Shown here: positions 63,250-64,000 of the stretch, piece by piece | Numbering within the stretch: position 1 is the first letter of the stretch | Layout: each line of letters opens with the position of its first letter | NCBI RefSeq assembly: GCF_030144855.1 | Contig: NC_082714.1 | Location: 94,178,001-94,242,000, forward strand | Source: Hypanus sabinus | Lineage: Eukaryota | Reading direction: 5' to 3' | DNA length: 64,000 bases | Notes under the pieces: model-generated | The model's input: the letters and a program-made list of their open reading frames with translations, nothing else | What the model was told of the DNA's origin: nothing | Database searches by the model: none | Position numbers and translations under genes: made by a program

Positions 63250-64000
63250 CTGCATAAATTAAAAGAAAACAACCGTTATGAGCAATGAATCACAGAAACA
63301 AATCACTGTGACTGACTGTCCGACTGCATATAACATTTTGCATTTCACAGCACTGACTTCTGGTCACCGTGACATAATCAGAAACACAGGAATTCTAAAG
63401 ATACTGTAGATCCAGAGGGAAAACACACACGCATTCGCAAACACATTTACACACACACAATGCTGGAAGAATTCAACAGGCCAGGCATAAACAATGAAAA
63501 AGAACAGGATCAACGTTTCCGATCGGGTCCCATCATCAAGTCCCCTAATGTGTCTTGGCCCGAAACGACGATTCTATTCATTTCGAGAGTTTCTGCTTGA
63601 CCTGCTGAGTTTGTCCAGCTGATTGTATGTGTCGCCGCAGTTTCAAATTAACTGGGATTATATATTAAATGGAAAAGAAGAGTAGTTAAAGGCAGGGAGC
63701 AAAGATTAAAAAACAATTGTGAAATTTCATTATCAGTGTGGTCCTGAAGCAGACTCTCTGTCCGAAACGTCGACTGTTTATTAATTTCCATAGATGTTGC
63801 CTGGCCTCCTGATTTCCTCCAACATTCTGTTTGTATTGCGTTGGATTCCAAGCATCTACAGAATTTATTCTGTTTAAATATTGCTGCTGTGCAGATCTCT
63901 GATGTGTCCTCAGCTCTTTATAATCCATTCAAATATCAGGCATATTCTCAGGGGTTATGTATCAAGTATAATGTATCCAGAGTTGCTGACGTTACAAAAT

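Overview
Repeat-rich vertebrate genomic DNA. The repeat content (SGNH-esterase CR1, Rex1, L1 and R4-type LINEs, Tc1 and Chapaev-like DNA transposons) points to a cartilaginous fish, probably a ray; this is inference. No rRNA, tRNA or CRISPR array was found. Main non-repeat items: (1) a + strand immune-receptor gene at about 29.0-37.2 kb with leader, germline-joined VJ Ig exon (YFC...FGNG, no RSS), degenerate C-like Ig exon, TM exon and two cytoplasmic exons ending in IYAQL, carrying four apparent inactivating lesions; (2) a decayed, unidentified coding exon of about 450 codons on the - strand, present twice (2.1-3.5 kb and 61.8-63.2 kb), with silent-site bias between the copies; (3) an internally deleted class I-like endogenous retrovirus (LTR stub, integrase end, env, LTR, 4-bp TSD) nested in a Chapaev-like transposon; (4) three non-colinear blocks of old segmental duplication, suggesting a tandem receptor cluster. 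Also present: a full-length L1 with TSD and a visible empty site, a solo LTR with a 27-bp minisatellite, a TRIM-like mini LTR element, and one assembly gap. All translations and alignments were done by eye, and most repeat boundaries are approximate.
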